This document shows positions 61,446 to 64,000 of a stretch of 64,000 bases of DNA, one piece after another (position 1 is the stretch's first letter; each line of letters opens with the position of its first letter). The notes under the pieces were generated by a model. That model had not been told where the DNA came from. It searched no databases and was given only the letters and a program-made list of their open reading frames with translations. Where the stretch lies: positions 6,944,001-7,008,000 of the forward strand of contig JBHGNT010000006.1 in assembly GCA_043228905.1 (NCBI GenBank), in the 5' to 3' direction. Origin of the DNA: Azolla caroliniana. Lineage: Eukaryota; Plantae; Polypodiophyta. Made by a program: the position numbers and the translations under genes.

Positions 61446-63668
61446 GTCTCTTGTGCCACAGCTCACCGGCAGTGTCGGCTGCCACGTTCAACTCTTCCGG
61501 ACATAACCGGGCATTCATCAGGTACAGTGTGTTGTCTTTCCGGGCCCGAGCCACTATCAGGCTCCCCTTGCTGAACTTCATTACGCCGTTCCGGATGCTA
61601 CCTGTGTAGCCTTCATCGTCTAGCCTCCCGGCCGAAATCAGGTTCAATCGAACCTCCGGAACGTGTCGGACATCCTTCAGCAGCATTTTGCATCCGGTCG
61701 GGGTTGTCAACCACACGTCTCCGATGCCGGCAATCCGGCACGTACCTTCATTTCCCATCCGAACACAGCCATGCTCACCGGCTGTGTAGGATGAAAAGTA
61801 TCTTCTTTCCGGGGTCAGGTGGAACGACGCTCCGGAATCGACCACCCAGGTCATCTCTTCACCGGCAAGGTTCAGCTCCCTTTCTTCGGTAATGAGCATT
61901 ATCTCTTCTTCACTTGCCGCGAGTGCCGTCGTTCCTTTCCGGTCCTGCCCTCGCCGATCCGGACCTCTCCGGTCCGTGGCTCCCCGGTATGCACCGTTTC
62001 TCTCCGGTGACTTCTTCGAATCGGTGTCGTCGGCTCCGTTGTCCTTTCGGTAGTGCCGACAATTCTTCCGGAAGTGCCCCGGCTTGCCACAGTGGAAGCA
62101 TGTGGGTCTTCCTCTTGACTGCGACCGGGTCCCCGACTTCTCCCGTCTTTGCGGACTCCGGTTCCATTGTCTTCCCCGTTCCGATTCGGTGAGCAGCGCC
62201 TTCGGGTCGGAGGCCGGTTCTTTATCTCTCCGACGCGCTTCTTCGTTCAAAATACTTGTCTTTACCGTTTGTAGAGACAAGTTATCTTCGGTGCAGGAGG
62301 TGCTGAGAGTCACCACCAAATTCTCCCAGCTTTCCGGCACCGCAAGCTGGTTCACGAATCCCATGAACGTGCTTACGTGTTCCACCATGCTCTCGCCGTC
62401 CCGGTACTTGAGGTTCACTATCTTCCTCATCAGGGAGGTCCGGTTCAACGCATTCTTCCTCTCGTAGAGGCCCGACAGCTTCCGCCACATCTCGTATGCG
62501 TTGGTGTCGTTCGCCACATGTTGTAGAACGCTCACGTCGACGTATTGCCGAATGGTTGCAACGGCTTTCCGGTTCAGAAGCCTCCATTCCATCTCAAGTA
62601 CCCCCTTCGGTATTTCCGACCTGTCAATCGGTTCGTACAGGTCCCGAACAATCAGAAGATCCTCCATCTTGATCTTCCAGTCGGCGTAGTTCTGCGCATT
62701 CAGCACCATCATCCCCGGCTGCCCGCTGCTGCCGCCTTCCATTTTCTGCACTGCCGTCGCTCTGATACCACTTTGTTGAGAATCTACGCTCCGATTCGCC
62801 TTCACCGTTCGGCCACAACCGAGAAATCACGAATCAATGCAGCAGAAAATAGGAAACACAGAGAAAGACACGATAACACAGGGATTAACGTGGAAAACCC
62901 TATACGGGAAAAACCACGGGAGTCCTCAAACTCCAACTATCACTATACGTGGGAATGTACAATGGCGAGCTGCAAGGCGACGACCTTGAGCTCGTTGTCC
63001 TCGCCACAGGCGGCGGTAATACACAGAGGCCACGACCTCTTCGTCTGTCTCTCTCTCTCTCGGCTGCTCTCTTCACTCTCTCTAAGTGAAAAAACAGAAA
63101 AAATATGAGCAGCAACTTTTCAGCAGCTACAAACAGTTTGCCCTAAGTCATATTTATACACATATGACTTTCGGGCTATTTACAAATATAGCCTCAAGGG
63201 CCCTTGGCAAACATATTCACAAATATGTCCCCGCATCCGGATCTCTCTCCGGGTACATACATCATCCGGCTCTGTAGCCGGGTTTTCATCATCCGGCTCC
63301 GTAGCCGGGTCTTCGTCATCCGGCTCCGAAGCCGGGTCTTCATCATCCGGCTCCGTAGCCGGGTCTTCATCATCCGGCTCCGTAGCCGGGTCTTCATCAT
63401 CCGGCTCCGTAGCCGGGGTCTACATCATCCGGCTCCGTAGCCGGGTCTTCGTCATCCGGCTCCGTAGCCGGGTCTTCGTCATCCGGCTCCGTAGCCGGGT
63501 CTTCGTCATCCGGCTCCGTAGCCGGGTCTTCGTCATCCGGCTCCGTAGCCGGGTACTCTTCATCTGGCTTCATGCCGGGTACTCTTCATCCTCCGGTTCC
63601 GTAACCGCAACCGGGCTTGCCGTCATTCATCTCCGGACATCCCATCCGGAGGGACCGATATCCCAACA
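61446..63668 (-). mobile_element. Ty1/Copia 5' part (LTR 62774-63668, PBS 62759-62770, gag-PR from ATG 62742); right arm of the palindrome
   Basis: Reverse-complement homologue of 59396-61445 with substitutions and an in-frame gag deletion. Confidence 0.92.
63260..63600. repeat. 27-bp tandem repeat (CCGGCTCCGTAGCCGGGTCTTCRTCAT), about 12 copies, in the Copia U3
   Basis: Read directly; a shorter homologous array lies at ~59440-59590. Confidence 0.9.
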
Positions 63669-64000
63669 TTTACTGTGCCGAAGACGCCGGAACTGAACGG
63701 GCTGGCCGAGAGGATGAACCGGACCATAATGGAGAGGGTCCGGAGTATGCTGGCGCATGCGAAATTACCCAAGGGGTTTTGGGCTGAGGCAATGTTGACG
63801 GCGACATACGTGATAAATAGATCACCCTCAGTACCTTTGGACGGAGACACGCCGCAAAGAGTGTGGACCGGTAGGGAAGTATCCTACCGGCATCTGAAGG
63901 TGTTCGGGTGTCTCGCATATGTGCATGTGGCAAAGGACCGGAGAGGAAAGCTAGATCCAAAGACCCGGCCATGCATATTCCTCGGTTACGACGATGACGA
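63669..64000 (+). pseudogene. Copia integrase fragment
   Basis: FTVPKTPELNGLAERMNRTIMERVRSML...VFGCLAYVH, homologous to 18890-19220. Confidence 0.88.

Noticed and set aside
60092-62805. Two complete 505-aa proteins on opposite strands
   Set aside because: Each is a truncated Copia Gag-PR reading through the palindrome centre into antisense sequence.
63194-63440. Repetitive ORFs (MMKTRLRSR)n and the hammerhead-like GGAUGAUGA motif
   Set aside because: By-products of a 27-bp LTR tandem repeat; no CUGA or GAAA core.

Overview
The whole 64 kb is a nest of LTR retrotransposons with no recognisable host gene. It most likely comes from plant heterochromatin: the primer-binding sites match the 3' ends of plant cytosolic tRNA-Trp, tRNA-iMet and probably tRNA-Arg. 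A non-seed plant is only a guess. Four element groups are interleaved. (A) A chromodomain-less Ty3/Gypsy group primed by tRNA-Trp with 4-bp target-site duplications (TSDs); copies lie at 11489-16587, 26056-30436, 30437-47904 and 52102-59363, plus solo LTRs. (B) Non-autonomous gag-only (TR-GAG-like) relatives of A carrying an internal array of ~65-bp structured repeats (1-4699, 6514-11488, 20456-23907). (C) A young, nearly intact Athila-like element (31615-41449, CATGG TSD) with a 1943-aa gag-pol and an extra 3' coiled-coil ORF, plus a relic at 4700-6513. (D) Tnt1-like Ty1/Copia elements, two of which are fused into a ~4.3-kb quasi-palindrome (59396-63668). The main hunt results are: a conserved GGAUUUU-UAG -1 frameshift site with a covarying pseudoknot placed after the protease in group A; a strong [A/C]CG[G/T] target-site preference for group A/B; tRNA-like A/B boxes antisense in the U3 of three different LTRs; the structured repeat array in group B; and the Copia fold-back joined at a native 7-bp hairpin. 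All calls were made by eye with no database searches.
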